From: Dehalococcoidia bacterium
GTDB taxonomy: Bacteria; Chloroflexota; Dehalococcoidia; Dehalococcoidales; S120
DNA: 44,318 nt
Direction: 5' to 3'
NCBI GenBank assembly: GCA_011192075.1
Contig: DUER01000139.1
Location: 1 to 44,318, forward strand
Positions 9,928 to 20,741 of the stretch are shown in pieces. Below the pieces are notes generated by a model, which had not been told where the DNA came from, did not search any database, and saw only the letters and a program-made list of their open reading frames with translations. Both the position numbers and the translations under genes were made by a program. Position 1 is the first letter of the stretch. Each line of letters begins with the position of its first letter.

Positions 9928-10647
9928 ATGGAAAGACTTAACAGCGGGGCTACAAAATTAGGGTTGCACCTTAATCCGGGGCAGCTTGATCAGTTCTATA
10001 TCTACTATCAAGAGTTGTTAGATTGGAACCGACGGCTGAACCTTACTTCTATAACTGACTATGAAAACGTGCAAATAAAGCATTTCCTTGATTCTCTCAC
10101 CGTGACCCTGGCCTGGCAGCAACCGATAAGCAGTATGGACTTCCGCCTGATCGATGTCGGTAGCGGTGCTGGACTACCCGGAATACCGCTTAAAATTCTA
10201 TGGCCTGACATAAAGCTGGTGCTGCTTGACTCCACAGCTAAGAAGGCAGTCTTCTTACATCACCTTAAACAGAAACTGGGACTGGATGGTGTTGAAATCG
10301 TGGTGGGACGGGCTGAAGGAGTCGCCTATGACACCCAATATCGGGAGAAGTTTGACGTAGTGCTTTCACGGGCTGTTGCCCCTCTACCAACTCTTGTTGA
10401 ATTAACTTTGCCCTTTTGCACTATTGGTGGCAGCTTCATTGCTCAGAAAAAGGGGGCCATTGACCCAGAAATAAGCCGAGCCAGTCAGGCGATTAGCCTA
10501 CTGGGTGGTAACCTGCGAGAGGTCAAGAGAGTCGACCTGCAAGAATTTACAGATGAGAGATGGTTAGTAATAATAGATAAGGTATCACCAACGTCCGAGC
10601 AATATCCTCGTCGCCCAGGCACACCATCGAAGAGACCGTTGGGGTAA
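9928..10647 (+). CDS. rsmG: 16S rRNA m7G527 methyltransferase
   Basis: WNRRLNLTSI, KHFLDS, DVGSGAGLPG, SRAVA and YPRRPG. ATG 9928 is preferred over the ORF-track start at 9844. Confidence 0.95.
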   Translation: MERLNSGATKLGLHLNPGQLDQFYIYYQELLDWNRRLNLTSITDYENVQIKHFLDSLTVTLAWQQPISSMDFRLIDVGSGAGLPGIPLKILWPDIKLVLLDSTAKKAVFLHHLKQKLGLDGVEIVVGRAEGVAYDTQYREKFDVVLSRAVAPLPTLVELTLPFCTIGGSFIAQKKGAIDPEISRASQAISLLGGNLREVKRVDLQEFTDERWLVIIDKVSPTSEQYPRRPGTPSKRPLG

Positions 10648-10741
10648 CATTTATATAATTAAGTAAGCTTGATAAGCAATTTAAACAAGAGTAAAATATC
10701 ATTGAAAGGTTATAAACTCAGGGTTGTGTGAGGAGGTAAAC

Positions 10742-11623
10742 ATGGAAACCGGGACGTGGAAGGTTAAGACTGGGCTAGCTCAGATGCTGAAGGGTGGAGT
10801 GATTATGGATGTGGTTACTCTAGAGCATGCCAAAACCGCCGAGGTGGCTGGTGCCTGCGCGGTGATGGCATTGGAGAGAGTGCCGGCCGATATTCGGGCT
10901 GCCGGGGGTGTGGCTCGTATGGCAGACCCAACGATTATTGAAGCTATTATGAAAGCAGTGTCTATACCGGTAATGGCTAAGTGTCGCATAGGTCATTTCG
11001 TGGAAGCCCAAGCCCTGCAAGCCCTTGGCGTAGATTACGTAGATGAGTCTGAGGTACTTACCCCGGCTGACGAGAGCCATCACATCTGGAAACATGGCTT
11101 TAAGGTTCCCTTTGTCTGTGGTTGCCGGGACCTAGGTGAAGCATTGCGCCGTATCGGTGAGGGAGCCGCTATGATTAGAACTAAAGGTGAGGCTGGCACC
11201 GGCAATATTGTTGAGGCAGTCAGGCATATGCGAGCCGTTATGGATGGCATCCGCAAATTGGTAAGCACCCCCGAGGAAGAGTTGATGGCGCAGGCTAAGG
11301 AAATGGGGGCACCCTTTGAACTGGTAGCTGAAATACATAAAACAGGGAAACTACCTGTGGTTAATTTTGCCGCTGGTGGGGTAGCTACCCCAACCGATGC
11401 AGCCCTGATGATGCAGCTAGGCGCTGATGGCGTCTTTGTTGGCTCAGGCATATTTAAATCCTCTAACCCTGAAGTTAGAGCCAGGGCTATTGTCAGAGCA
11501 ACCACCCACTTTCGAGACCCCGAAATCATCGCCGAGGTCTCCAAAAACCTCGGAGAAGCCATGCCCGGACTAGACATAAAGCAAATTCCTGCTGAGGAGC
11601 TGCTGGCACCTAGAGGGTGGTAG
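10742..11623 (+). CDS. pdxS: Pyridoxal 5'-phosphate synthase, lyase subunit
   Basis: [23 protein letters not shown] and [16 protein letters not shown] precedes ATG 10742. Confidence 0.97.
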   Translation: METGTWKVKTGLAQMLKGGVIMDVVTLEHAKTAEVAGACAVMALERVPADIRAAGGVARMADPTIIEAIMKAVSIPVMAKCRIGHFVEAQALQALGVDYVDESEVLTPADESHHIWKHGFKVPFVCGCRDLGEALRRIGEGAAMIRTKGEAGTGNIVEAVRHMRAVMDGIRKLVSTPEEELMAQAKEMGAPFELVAEIHKTGKLPVVNFAAGGVATPTDAALMMQLGADGVFVGSGIFKSSNPEVRARAIVRATTHFRDPEIIAEVSKNLGEAMPGLDIKQIPAEELLAPRGW

Positions 11624-11624
11624 G

Positions 11625-12200
11625 ATGAGAATAGGCGTTCTCGCTGCGCAGGGAGCCTTCGTTGAGCATATAGCTAGGCTGTGCCGACTGGAAGTAGAGG
11701 CTCTAGCCGTCCGCTTACCCCATGAACTGGCCAGCTTGGACGGGCTAATCATTCCCGGTGGAGAAAGTACCGCCATCAGCAAGTTGATGCTAGATTATAA
11801 TTTGACAGGCGAGATAAGAAATCTGGCTAAAAATGGTCTGCCAATCTTAGGAACCTGCGCCGGTATGATAATCCTAGCCAATGCGACTCCAGACTTGGAG
11901 GTAGAACCCCTGGGATTGATGAATATAATGGTTAGACGTAATGCCTTCGGCAGGCAAATAGATAGCTTTGAGACTGAGCTTTCCATACCGGTGCTAGGGA
12001 AGAAACCCTTTACCGGCATATTCATTCGAGCCCCAATAATCGAACAGGCAACCAGTGAAGTAGAGATACTAGCTAAGCTGGCCGATGGCACCAGCGTCGC
12101 TGCCAGACAAGGAAAGCTACTGGCTTGTGCCTTTCACCCCGAGTTGACTGACGACCTGAGATTTCACCAATACTTTATAGGTATCGTTACCGGTAATTAA
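11625..12200 (+). CDS. pdxT: PLP synthase glutaminase subunit
   Basis: IPGGEST, GTCAG, RNAFGRQ and FHPEL. Confidence 0.97.
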   Translation: MRIGVLAAQGAFVEHIARLCRLEVEALAVRLPHELASLDGLIIPGGESTAISKLMLDYNLTGEIRNLAKNGLPILGTCAGMIILANATPDLEVEPLGLMNIMVRRNAFGRQIDSFETELSIPVLGKKPFTGIFIRAPIIEQATSEVEILAKLADGTSVAARQGKLLACAFHPELTDDLRFHQYFIGIVTGN

Positions 12201-12217
12201 ACATTTAGGGGGCATTT

Positions 12218-13720
12218 TTGCAAAAGGTAATCACCGATGACTTGGATGCTCTGCTTGATATTTTACCGCCACATATTCGACAGCCCCTGTGCCAGCAACA
12301 AGACATCAGTGACCTATTAGAGGTAGTGCTGGATTTGGGTCGCCCCCCTGAAGCCCGCTTCCCTCAGCGGGAAGTAGTCTTAAGCCCTCAGGAAGTCAAC
12401 GAGCAGGATATCGACTATGTAACCTCACGTATCAGCAGCTTCGGTGGTGACAATCGGGCCGGGATTGAGCGCACCCTGCATCGCATCTCAGCAATTCGTA
12501 ATCGCAAAGGGCGTATTGTTGGGCTTACCTGCCGCTTGGGCCGAGCCGTTTTTGGCACCATAAAAATTATTGAAGACCTTATCCGGTCAGGAAGGAGTAT
12601 CCTGCTGCTGGGTCGTCCCGGGGTAGGCAAGACAACTATGCTACGCGAGGTAGCCCGAGTGTTAGCCGATGACCTGGGCAAACGGGTTATCATTGTCGAC
12701 ACCTCAAATGAGATTGCCGGTGATGGTGATATTCCCCATCCCGCCATTGGACATGCCCGGCGGATGCAGGTAACTACTCCCTCTATGCAACATGCAGTAA
12801 TGATTGAAGCCATAGAAAACCACATGCCTGAGGTAATCGTGATTGATGAAATTGGCACTGAGCTTGAGGCTCAGGCAGCACGAACTATTGCTGAGCGTGG
12901 GGTTCAACTGGTAGGCACTGCCCATGGTAACACCCTGGATAATCTGATGATGAACCCTACTCTGGCTGACCTTATTGGAGGTATCCAGGCGGTCACCTAG
13001 GGTGATGAAGAGGCGAAAAGAAGGGGCACCCAGAAATCCATACTGGAGCGCAGGGCACCGCCTACTTTTGATATCGTGGTTGAAATTCAGGAGTGGGATA
13101 AGGTAGCTATTCATCCTGATGTTGGCGAAGCCGTTGACGCTATCCTGCGTGTTCAACCTACAGCCACCGAGACTCGCTGGCTGGATGAGACGGGAGAGGT
13201 CATAATAGAAAAGGAAGAGCCGGTTATCACTGGAAAAAGGGCTAGAGTTAAGCGACCGGTTAAGGAGGGCGAGCCGCACAAGCTTTACCTCTTCGGTGTA
13301 AATCGGGTACGACTGGAGCAAATAGCCAACGAGATGCAACTGAGCCTAAATATAGTCAACAACCTAAACGATGCCAACCTGTTTATAACCTCTAAAAGCT
13401 ACTATCGGCGAAAGCCACAAAAGGTCAGGGATGCTGAACCGGCTAACCTGCCCATCTATGTCCTCAAGAGTAACACTCCACCCCAAATCAGGCAGCTGTT
13501 AAGTACTATCTATCCTCGGGATGGGACAGACTTCTTCAAGCTTGCCTTAAGTGAGGCAGAAGAAGCTGTTATCAAGGTTAAGAGCGGTGAGGAGGCAGTA
13601 GAGCTCAGCCCACGGAGTGCCTATATTCGTCGCCTACAGCACCTCATAGCTAAAAGAAACGAACTATCCTCACGAAGCCAGGGCAAAGACCCCAATAGGC
13701 GGGTGAGGATTTATAAGTAA
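12218..13720 (+). pseudogene. SpoIIIAA/Ycf45-like AAA ATPase with C-terminal R3H domain, interrupted by an in-frame TAG at 12998-13000
   Basis: Walker A GRPGVGKT and Walker B VIVIDE. Reading continues in frame as AVT*GDEEAKRRGTQKSILER into the 13076-13720 ORF with R3H motif RRLQH. Confidence 0.85.
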
Positions 13721-13732
13721 AAAGGAAACATT

Positions 13733-14359
13733 ATGGCTCTGTTCATTACCTTTGAGGGAGGGGAGGGTACAGGCAAGAGCCTCCAGGCTGGGGCATTATA
13801 CAGAAAGCTATCACAGTTAGCTATTTCAGCATTACTAACCCATGAGCCGGGTGGTACTCCATTTGGTCAGAAAATAGGTCGCTGGCTAAAATGGGCTCAG
13901 GATATAGATATATCACCACTAACCGAGCTACTGTTGTTTAATGCCTCCCGCAGCCAATTAGTAACTGAAGTAATCCAACCCAGCTTGAAAAATGGGAAAA
14001 TCGTTACCTGTGACCGCTATGCTGACTCTACCACCGCCTATCAAAGCTATGGGCGGGGATTAGATTTGGAAATGGTCAGGGCGATCAATAATGCTGCCAC
14101 TCAGGGATTAAAGTCTGATCTGACAGTTTTGCTGGATATGACGGCTGAGAATGGGCTTGCCCGTAAAAGCCCCGGAAAACAAGACCGTTTTGAGCAGGAG
14201 AATATAGCCTTCCATCAAAGGGTAAGGGAAGGTTACCTCAAGATAGCAGCTAGTGACCCAGAGCGATGGCTGGTAATAGACGCCGCGCAGAGCAAAGAGA
14301 GAATAGCCCAGATTATCTGGCAAAGGGTAAGCCAACTGCTTTCAAGTCAAGGAGGCTAA
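13733..14359 (+). CDS. tmk: Thymidylate kinase
   Basis: FITFEGGEGTGKS, HEPGGT and CDRYADSTTAYQ. Confidence 0.96.
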   Translation: MALFITFEGGEGTGKSLQAGALYRKLSQLAISALLTHEPGGTPFGQKIGRWLKWAQDIDISPLTELLLFNASRSQLVTEVIQPSLKNGKIVTCDRYADSTTAYQSYGRGLDLEMVRAINNAATQGLKSDLTVLLDMTAENGLARKSPGKQDRFEQENIAFHQRVREGYLKIAASDPERWLVIDAAQSKERIAQIIWQRVSQLLSSQGG

Positions 14360-14362
14360 AAT

Positions 14363-15436
14363 ATGCCCCAAAAGCGGGTTGCGGTAGCTATGAGCGGTGG
14401 GGTGGATTCGTCACTGGCTGCCGCCCTATTGATAGAAGCCGGCTATGAGGTAGTTGGTGTCACCATGCAAATTTGGCCTTCGGCTCAGCCAGCTTTTGGT
14501 GGCTGTTGCGGACTTGAAGCGGTAGAAGATGCTAAAAGGGTCGCTTATAAGCTGGGCTTCCCTCATTATGTGATGAATCTTAGGGATATTTTTACCCGAA
14601 TGGTTATTGCCGATTTCTGCCAGGAGTATAGCCTGGGGAGGACACCAAATCCTTGTATCAGGTGCAACCAGTATATTAAGTTTGATGCTCTGCTCGAGAG
14701 AATTAAGCAGTTAGACGCCGATTTCATAGCTACCGGACACTATGCCAGAATCGAGCAGTCACCGGATGGCTATCGCTTACTGAAAGCAGTTGACCAAACT
14801 AAAGACCAGTCCTATTTCCTTTATACTTTGGGGCAAAAGGAGCTTCAACACCTGCTACTGCCCTTAGGCAACCTGCGTAAAGTGGAGGTAAGAGAACTGG
14901 CTGCCAAACTAAGCTTGTCCGTCAGCACCAAGCGTGATAGCCAGGATGTTTGCTTTGTGCCTGATAATGACTATCGGTCATTTCTAGCCAGTCGCATCCC
15001 CCTCAAATCTGGAGACATCATTGACACCGAGGGCAAGGTTTTGGGCAAACACAAGGGTTTAGCCCAATATACGGTGGGACAAAGGCAAGGCTTGGGGCTT
15101 GCCTCAAATAGGCGCCTATATGTGACAAAGCTTGATGCCACCAGTAATAGACTGGTGGTAGGCACTAAAGACCAGCTTTTAGGTGATACGCTCATTGCCA
15201 ACAAGCTAAGCTGGGTGTCAGGTAAGGTGTCTAATGAGCCTATTAGCATAATGGCTAAAGTCCGCTACAAGTCACCTGAGACAACAGCTAGGCTCCGCCT
15301 TAAAAACGGGGTAGCGGAGGTCCAGTTTTATCAGCCTCAGTGGGCAATTACTCCGGGACAGTCCGTAGCATTCTACCAAGGTGACGTTGTCCTGGGTGGG
15401 GGGATAATCCAAGATGCAGGTGCCGTCGTTAGCTGA
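14363..15436 (+). CDS. mnmA: tRNA 2-thiouridine(34) synthase
   Basis: [39 protein letters not shown] and TPGQ. Confidence 0.97.
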   Translation: MPQKRVAVAMSGGVDSSLAAALLIEAGYEVVGVTMQIWPSAQPAFGGCCGLEAVEDAKRVAYKLGFPHYVMNLRDIFTRMVIADFCQEYSLGRTPNPCIRCNQYIKFDALLERIKQLDADFIATGHYARIEQSPDGYRLLKAVDQTKDQSYFLYTLGQKELQHLLLPLGNLRKVEVRELAAKLSLSVSTKRDSQDVCFVPDNDYRSFLASRIPLKSGDIIDTEGKVLGKHKGLAQYTVGQRQGLGLASNRRLYVTKLDATSNRLVVGTKDQLLGDTLIANKLSWVSGKVSNEPISIMAKVRYKSPETTARLRLKNGVAEVQFYQPQWAITPGQSVAFYQGDVVLGGGIIQDAGAVVS

Positions 15437-16043
15437 AGAAATGGAGCTTAGGGCACAGGGTTATCAGCTTATCGCTGGTATTGATGAGGTGGGACGTGGT
15501 GCCTTAGCCGGTCCAGTAGTAGCCGCAGCCGTTATTCTGCCCTGCCAGATAGATACTCCCTGGCTAAACCAGGTGAGAGACAGCAAGCAGTTAAGCCCAG
15601 CCCGACGCCAGCTTTTGTTTGGGCACATCCGTGAGGTAGCCATATCGGTAGGCATTGGTATGGTTCACCACGAGGTAATAGATGACCAGGGTATAGCTAA
15701 GGCGACCCGGCTGGCTATGAAGTCAGCTATAGACTACCTGTCGCCATCACCTGAGACCCTCCTTATAGATCATATCCGTCTTCCCGAGGTGCCACTACCT
15801 CAAAAGGGAATAACTAATGGAGATGAATTGTGCTTGTCAATTGCATGTGCCTCTATTGTGGCCAAAGTTACCCGAGACCGCCTGATGATAGAGCTTGATA
15901 GTATCTATCCCGCCTATAGATTGGCTGACCACAAAGGTTATGGCACCAAGGCGCACTTATTCTGCCTCTACCAACTGGGACCGTCTCCTATTCATCGCCG
16001 GTCCTTCCGACCAATTAGTGATATAATTCAGGAGCGTTTATGA
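15414..16043 (+). CDS. rnhB: Ribonuclease HII
   Basis: [37 protein letters not shown] and HRRSF. Confidence 0.96.
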   Translation: MQVPSLAEEMELRAQGYQLIAGIDEVGRGALAGPVVAAAVILPCQIDTPWLNQVRDSKQLSPARRQLLFGHIREVAISVGIGMVHHEVIDDQGIAKATRLAMKSAIDYLSPSPETLLIDHIRLPEVPLPQKGITNGDELCLSIACASIVAKVTRDRLMIELDSIYPAYRLADHKGYGTKAHLFCLYQLGPSPIHRRSFRPISDIIQERL

Positions 16044-16112
16044 CGGGAAGAGAAAGAGGATAAGTAGCCAAATAAGGAATCAAGAAATATAAAGGAGCTA
16101 ATATAAAGCGCT

Positions 16113-17129
16113 ATGATAGTCGAAATGACAACAGGTGCCACTCCAGAGGAGATAGATGGCGTGGTGCAAAGGGCTAAGTCACTGGGACTAAATATCCAGT
16201 TGAATTTCGGCACTGACAGAATGGTGGTCGCCATTCTAGGAAGCAATACAGGACAGTTATCTACAGATATCTTTGCCGTGTTCCCCGGGGTAGCGAGCGT
16301 AACCCGGGTTATGAAGCCTTACAAGCTCGCCTCTAGGGAATTTAAGGCAGAGGACAGCCTAGTTTTCATTGATGGGATTGAGATTGGGGGTAGGCGTATT
16401 GTAGTTATGGCAGGGCCTTGTGCCGTGGAGAGTGAAGAACAGCTTATGGAGGCGGCTAAGGCAGTAAAAGAGTCTGGAGCCAGCGTTTTGCGTGGTGGCG
16501 CCTTTAAACCACGTACTTCCCCCTTCAGTTTTCAGGGTCTGGAAAAAGCTGGGCTTGAACTACTAGCGCAAGCAAAGGAGCATTTTGGTATACCAGTGAT
16601 TACCGAAGTAGTTGACCCTCACGATGTCAACCTGGTAGCCAAGTTTGTCGATATCCTTCAAGTTGGTTCCCGCAATATGCAGAACTTCGCCCTGCTAATT
16701 AATGTTGGCAAAAGTAATAGTCCTGTCGTTCTGAAACGCGGGTTTTCGTGCACTATTACTGAGTGGCTTACCGCGGCCGACTATCTGCTGGCAGAGGGAA
16801 ATAACCAAGTCATTCTTTGTGAGAGGGGAATCAGAACTTTTGAGGATAGCACTCGTTTTTCTCTGGATATTTCTTCCATACCAGTAATTAAGAGAAACAG
16901 CCACTTGCCAGTGATTGTTGACCCTAGCCACGCTGCCGGCCACTACTCACTGGTACCAGCGATAGCCAAAGCAGCTGTGGCGGCTGGCGCTGATGGGCTT
17001 CTCATTGAGGTTCACCCCAATCCCAAAGAAGCCCTGGTAGATGGTCTTCAGTCTCTAACACCGTCAGCCTTCGCTAGGTTGATGGAAGAACTCAGACCAA
17101 TTGCCAAATCTGTAGGCAGACATATGTAG
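16113..17129 (+). CDS. aroF: DAHP synthase (class I-beta) with N-terminal regulatory domain
   Basis: AGPCAVES, RGGAFKPRTSP, LCERGIRTF and DPSHAAG. Confidence 0.94.
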   Translation: MIVEMTTGATPEEIDGVVQRAKSLGLNIQLNFGTDRMVVAILGSNTGQLSTDIFAVFPGVASVTRVMKPYKLASREFKAEDSLVFIDGIEIGGRRIVVMAGPCAVESEEQLMEAAKAVKESGASVLRGGAFKPRTSPFSFQGLEKAGLELLAQAKEHFGIPVITEVVDPHDVNLVAKFVDILQVGSRNMQNFALLINVGKSNSPVVLKRGFSCTITEWLTAADYLLAEGNNQVILCERGIRTFEDSTRFSLDISSIPVIKRNSHLPVIVDPSHAAGHYSLVPAIAKAAVAAGADGLLIEVHPNPKEALVDGLQSLTPSAFARLMEELRPIAKSVGRHM

Positions 17130-17154
17130 TCATGAATGCAATCCTATAAGAGAA

Positions 17155-17520
17155 ATGAAACGGAAAGATACTGGAATCCTGGGGGAAAAACTGGCTAAGG
17201 ATTTTCTTGAAAGGCGAGGCTACCGTATCGTTGAAACTAACTACCGCTACCCCGGAGATGAAATTGACATCGTAGCTAAGCATAAAGACTACCTGGTCTT
17301 TATTGAAGTAAGAACGAAAAAGAGCCTGGAGTTTGGTAGTCCTGAAGAATCAATCACGCCGGCCAAGAAAGCAAGGATGAAGGCGACTACCGCTTACTAC
17401 CAATAAATCCATGATAATTTGCCCTCGTTATGGAGCATTGATGTGGTGGCAGTAGAACTAGACCAAAAGGGGAAGCTATCACGAATTGAGCTTATTGAAA
17501 ATGCAGTAAGCGACCTGTAG
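17155..17520 (+). pseudogene. yraN: YraN family endonuclease-like protein with an in-frame TAA at 17404-17406
   Basis: GEKLAKDFL, EIDIVA and LVFIEVRT. Continues past the stop as IHDNLPSLWSIDVVAV...IENAVSDL* to 17520. Confidence 0.85.
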
Positions 17521-17587
17521 AGATTTTGAGATTGTTTACTAACCTTACCCCCTTATCCCCCTCTTCTTTATAGGAGTTCACAATTTT

Positions 17588-19552
17588 TCAAAGGTCTTCA
17601 TGAGGAGTAGCAATCCGTGCGTCTTTTATAATATCTTCGAGCCCAAGCTCCATTAGCTTTGCTTTTGTTTGAAGGCCGCTTTCTACGTCCCATCCCCTAA
17701 GCTGGTAGTATTCATCTTTCATCTTTTCAAATTTTTCCCTATCAACTACAGCGCCCATTCTAGATATTATTTCCCCTTCTTTCCCCGGTACTTGGGATTC
17801 GGGATTAAGGCCGGGTTTTTTAGCCAAAGGTATGGTGTGGTCAAACTCTGGGAGACTATCACCTTCTCTTCCTCTGTGTCCTTCCCTGATGAGTATTGCT
17901 CTTTGCAGATTAAATACTCTCTCTCCAATCTTATCAAGTCCCTGCTCATCCATTTCCCTTCCTGTAACTGCAGAAAAGATATGGCTGGGGAGAGTGGGGT
18001 CACCTACATGTTCCTTGGAGTGTTTAACAGCCATCAGTGGCCAGGCGAAATCGCAGAGGATAAGGCACTCTTTGATGTACACCCGGTCTTGGAGCTTCTT
18101 CGCTGCTAGGGCTTTTCCTTCGTAAGTGGAGAAGTCCAGCGCAATCTCACTGCCAAGGAATTTCTTGGCAATAGAACGGATAACATCATTAGAGACGTAA
18201 GCACCCTCTATTTGATTACACCAATCCCACCATAGATGGACTGGAAAAATTACTTCATGTAGCTGGGGCATAGGAAGCCTGGGTTCCGTGGCGAATGAAA
18301 GTCCTGTTGTGATATATATCCTAGGCTCATAGGGATACGCTGTCCCCGTGCGGTAATTAATATATCCTAATTGCTCCTTGGCTTTACTTCCCACCACATC
18401 CGCCGCTTTAACGATTCCCTGAGCCAGTATATCCCCAAACCCCTCTCTTAGTGATATTTTCCTGGCTAAGGTCTGTATAAACTCAAGGCTCATTATTTTT
18501 GATATGGGAATTCCTGTGTTTTCATCTGTCAGAATTCCTGCTCTGTAACAACTCCCAAGCCACCCAATTATCGACCCCATAGTCAGCACATCAAGGCCAT
18601 AGTCATTACAAATTTTGCTGGCATGAAAGTGGTCATCGTTCCACTCTCCCATTTTTTTAGTCGGGTCGGCATAGAATACAGCAGCGACACACAAATATTT
18701 TCCCCTCTCGCCATTTTCTGCTTCATAAGTTGCCCTTATACAGCCACTTATGCAACCATAGCAAGCATCTCTTTTTAATTTTGGATTTAACTTTAGATTT
18801 TCTGGAACATAGGCTGCCCATATGCGGTGGGGTCCGGAAAATATGAACCGTGAATCTTTCTTTAGTTCGCGAGCGTATTTTACCAGTTCTTGAAGTTTGT
18901 CTGGATTGGCTGCTATTACTTTTCTATTATTGGTTCCTACGGCTATAGCCTTTAGTTTCTTAGAACCCATAACCGCTCCGAAGCCACCAGAAGCAGAGGA
19001 GTCATCCTCGGCAATGACGTTAGCCATAACCGCCATATTATCACCGGCGGGGCCAATGGCGGCTACCCTTATATCCCGGCCTAGCGTTCCCTTTAATATT
19101 TCGCGCACTTCAATTGCTCCCTTGCCCCAGAGGGAGGAAGCGTCTCTTATCTCAACATTACCATCTTGTATCAACAGATAAACAGGCTTATCTGCTCTAC
19201 CTTGAATTACTATCGCATCGTAACCGGCAAATTTGAGCCAGGCACCCCAGCTTCCACCTAAATTAGCATAGGAAAAGGTCTCAGGGGTAACAGTAGGAGA
19301 TTTGCCACAAACCTGCCATCTAGAACCAGCCAATCCAGCAAATCCCGCTAACGGTCCGTTAGCAAATATCAATCGGTTTTCTGGGTCGAAAGACTTAGCC
19401 TTTGGTGAAACCTCATCCCAATAGATTTTAGCACCAACTCCTCTCCCCCCAACAAATCTATTAGTGTAATCCATGGTAGGTACGTCTACCGTAGTCCCCT
19501 GGGATAAATCTACCCTTAGGATTTTTCCAGCATATCCAAATTCACTCCCCAT
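17588..19552 (-). CDS. Aldehyde:ferredoxin oxidoreductase family, second paralog
   Basis: GYAGKILRVDLS, FVGGRG, GAVMGSKKLKAIAV, CYGCISGC and YYQLRGWD. Confidence 0.9.
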   Translation of the reverse strand: MGSEFGYAGKILRVDLSQGTTVDVPTMDYTNRFVGGRGVGAKIYWDEVSPKAKSFDPENRLIFANGPLAGFAGLAGSRWQVCGKSPTVTPETFSYANLGGSWGAWLKFAGYDAIVIQGRADKPVYLLIQDGNVEIRDASSLWGKGAIEVREILKGTLGRDIRVAAIGPAGDNMAVMANVIAEDDSSASGGFGAVMGSKKLKAIAVGTNNRKVIAANPDKLQELVKYARELKKDSRFIFSGPHRIWAAYVPENLKLNPKLKRDACYGCISGCIRATYEAENGERGKYLCVAAVFYADPTKKMGEWNDDHFHASKICNDYGLDVLTMGSIIGWLGSCYRAGILTDENTGIPISKIMSLEFIQTLARKISLREGFGDILAQGIVKAADVVGSKAKEQLGYINYRTGTAYPYEPRIYITTGLSFATEPRLPMPQLHEVIFPVHLWWDWCNQIEGAYVSNDVIRSIAKKFLGSEIALDFSTYEGKALAAKKLQDRVYIKECLILCDFAWPLMAVKHSKEHVGDPTLPSHIFSAVTGREMDEQGLDKIGERVFNLQRAILIREGHRGREGDSLPEFDHTIPLAKKPGLNPESQVPGKEGEIISRMGAVVDREKFEKMKDEYYQLRGWDVESGLQTKAKLMELGLEDIIKDARIATPHEDL

Positions 19553-19613
19553 TTTGGGATACCTCCTTTGGCGGAATCTTACTACGTTTTTCCTACTGAA
19601 TCAAGTGGGGGTA

Positions 19614-19671
19614 TTGACAAACTCTCAAAACAGGACTACATTAGAGTTCCAACATATGAACTGACCTTAAA
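19614..19671 (+). promoter_or_regulatory. Promoter plus conserved downstream motif (copy 1)
   Basis: TTGACA, 17 bp, TACATT, then GTTCCAACATATGAA...ACCTTAAAA. Similar to 27855-27914. Confidence 0.6.
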
Positions 19672-19712
19672 ATAACCGAAATTAGGTTAGGGAAAGGGTA
19701 TGGCAAAATGAT

Positions 19713-19850
19713 ATGGAATTTTCAGATTCATGGTTGTGGCTCATATTCGTAATCGCTGGTCTCTTCTTTGTCTTATTGGAACTCATCATTGGGGTGGAGA
19801 CTGGCCTTGACCTGGTATTCATAGGCTCCGCCTTGCTTTCTTCGGCTTAG
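19713..19850 (+). pseudogene. N-terminal fragment of an NfeD-like membrane protein
   Basis: MEFSDSWLWLIFVIAGLFFVLLELIIGVETGLDLVFIGSALLSSA* (45 aa). Lacks the C-terminal OB domain. Confidence 0.55.
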
Positions 19851-19910
19851 TTACAACAACATCTAATGTGGTCCGTTTTCTATGAGTCTTGCCCTAGCGC
19901 TGCGCTTTTT

Positions 19911-20567
19911 CTACTTTTTCGAGATTGTTGGTGCCTGTCTGATATACTTATCATTCTCAGCTATATCTAGCATAAAAATGGCTACACTTCTTCTACTAAT
20001 AGTCATTCTAGGTTTGGGAACTCCCTTAAAACTCACCTGAATCTCTTCAGTCTTTTGAGAGTCAGTTAGTGACATTGGCCGAACTACTATCCAATCTAAA
20101 TCCGATTCTTTTAACAATTTTTCCTGCTCCCCATGTTCTTTATAAGCATACCTCATGGTACTGTAACTAATCAGCAATTTAAACCATCCTGGAACTTCTG
20201 TAATAGAATCTCCTGCTCCGTGAGCACTCATAGTAATAATTCGTTTTATTCTTTCTTCGTGCATTACATTAATCATATTTCTAATGCTTGATGATATAAA
20301 GTCCTTAGGGGTTCTGAGTTTCGCCCATGGCCAATTGGAATTCGTAGAAATGTTTAATGTATTGAAAACTACCTCTGCTCCGTTTATGGCTTTTCTTAGA
20401 TCATCAATGTTGCTGGGAGTACCTTTAATTACTTGCAGATTAGATGATTCTGATTTTAGCTTTTCAGGATATCTTACTAAAGCATTGATTTGATGGCCTC
20501 TTCGCAGCCCCTCTTCAATAAGCTGAATGCCTGTTCTACCGGTGCCTCCTAAAATAAGAATTTTCAT
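19911..20567 (-). CDS. NAD(P)H-binding atypical SDR (flavin reductase / biliverdin reductase B-like)
   Basis: ILILGGTGRTG, LDWIVVRP and ISRRSVA. Visibly more AT-rich than its neighbours. Confidence 0.88.
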   Translation of the reverse strand: MKILILGGTGRTGIQLIEEGLRRGHQINALVRYPEKLKSESSNLQVIKGTPSNIDDLRKAINGAEVVFNTLNISTNSNWPWAKLRTPKDFISSSIRNMINVMHEERIKRIITMSAHGAGDSITEVPGWFKLLISYSTMRYAYKEHGEQEKLLKESDLDWIVVRPMSLTDSQKTEEIQVSFKGVPKPRMTISRRSVAIFMLDIAENDKYIRQAPTISKK

Positions 20568-20609
20568 ATTTCCTCTTTCCTCCTCTATATAGGTCTGGCT
20601 GACAAGTTA

Positions 20610-20741
20610 TTATATCCCAAATATGTGGTATATCCCCCAGTCTTTAGGGCGATATTCTACCACACATCTGGGATAATAGCCAGCACAACCGGTGAGCAGG
20701 AAGATAGATACAATAAGCGCGAAGGTTAAGTATTTTTTCAT
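20610..20741 (-). pseudogene. Truncated lipoprotein (signal peptide only)
   Basis: MKKYLTFALIVSIFLLTGCAG with lipobox LTGC runs directly into an inverted repeat and stops after 43 aa. Confidence 0.5.
20613..20676. repeat. Imperfect 18-bp inverted repeat
   Basis: TATCCCAAATATGTGGTA ... TACCACACATCTGGGATA, 16 of 18 positions complementary. Confidence 0.75.

Noticed and set aside
12998-13000. Amber recoding (pyrrolysine or an alternative code) to explain the in-frame TAGs at 12998 and 27953
   Set aside because: TAG is the normal stop of many intact genes here (AOR, thi4, thiC, pdxS, ssb, ilvD, leuA). Other lesions are TAA, TGA or frameshifts, and no pyl genes are in view.
19850-19911. attC site downstream of the AT-rich reductase
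   Set aside because: No matching RYYYAAC/GTTRRRY pair or extended hairpin, so a complete integron cassette is not supported.
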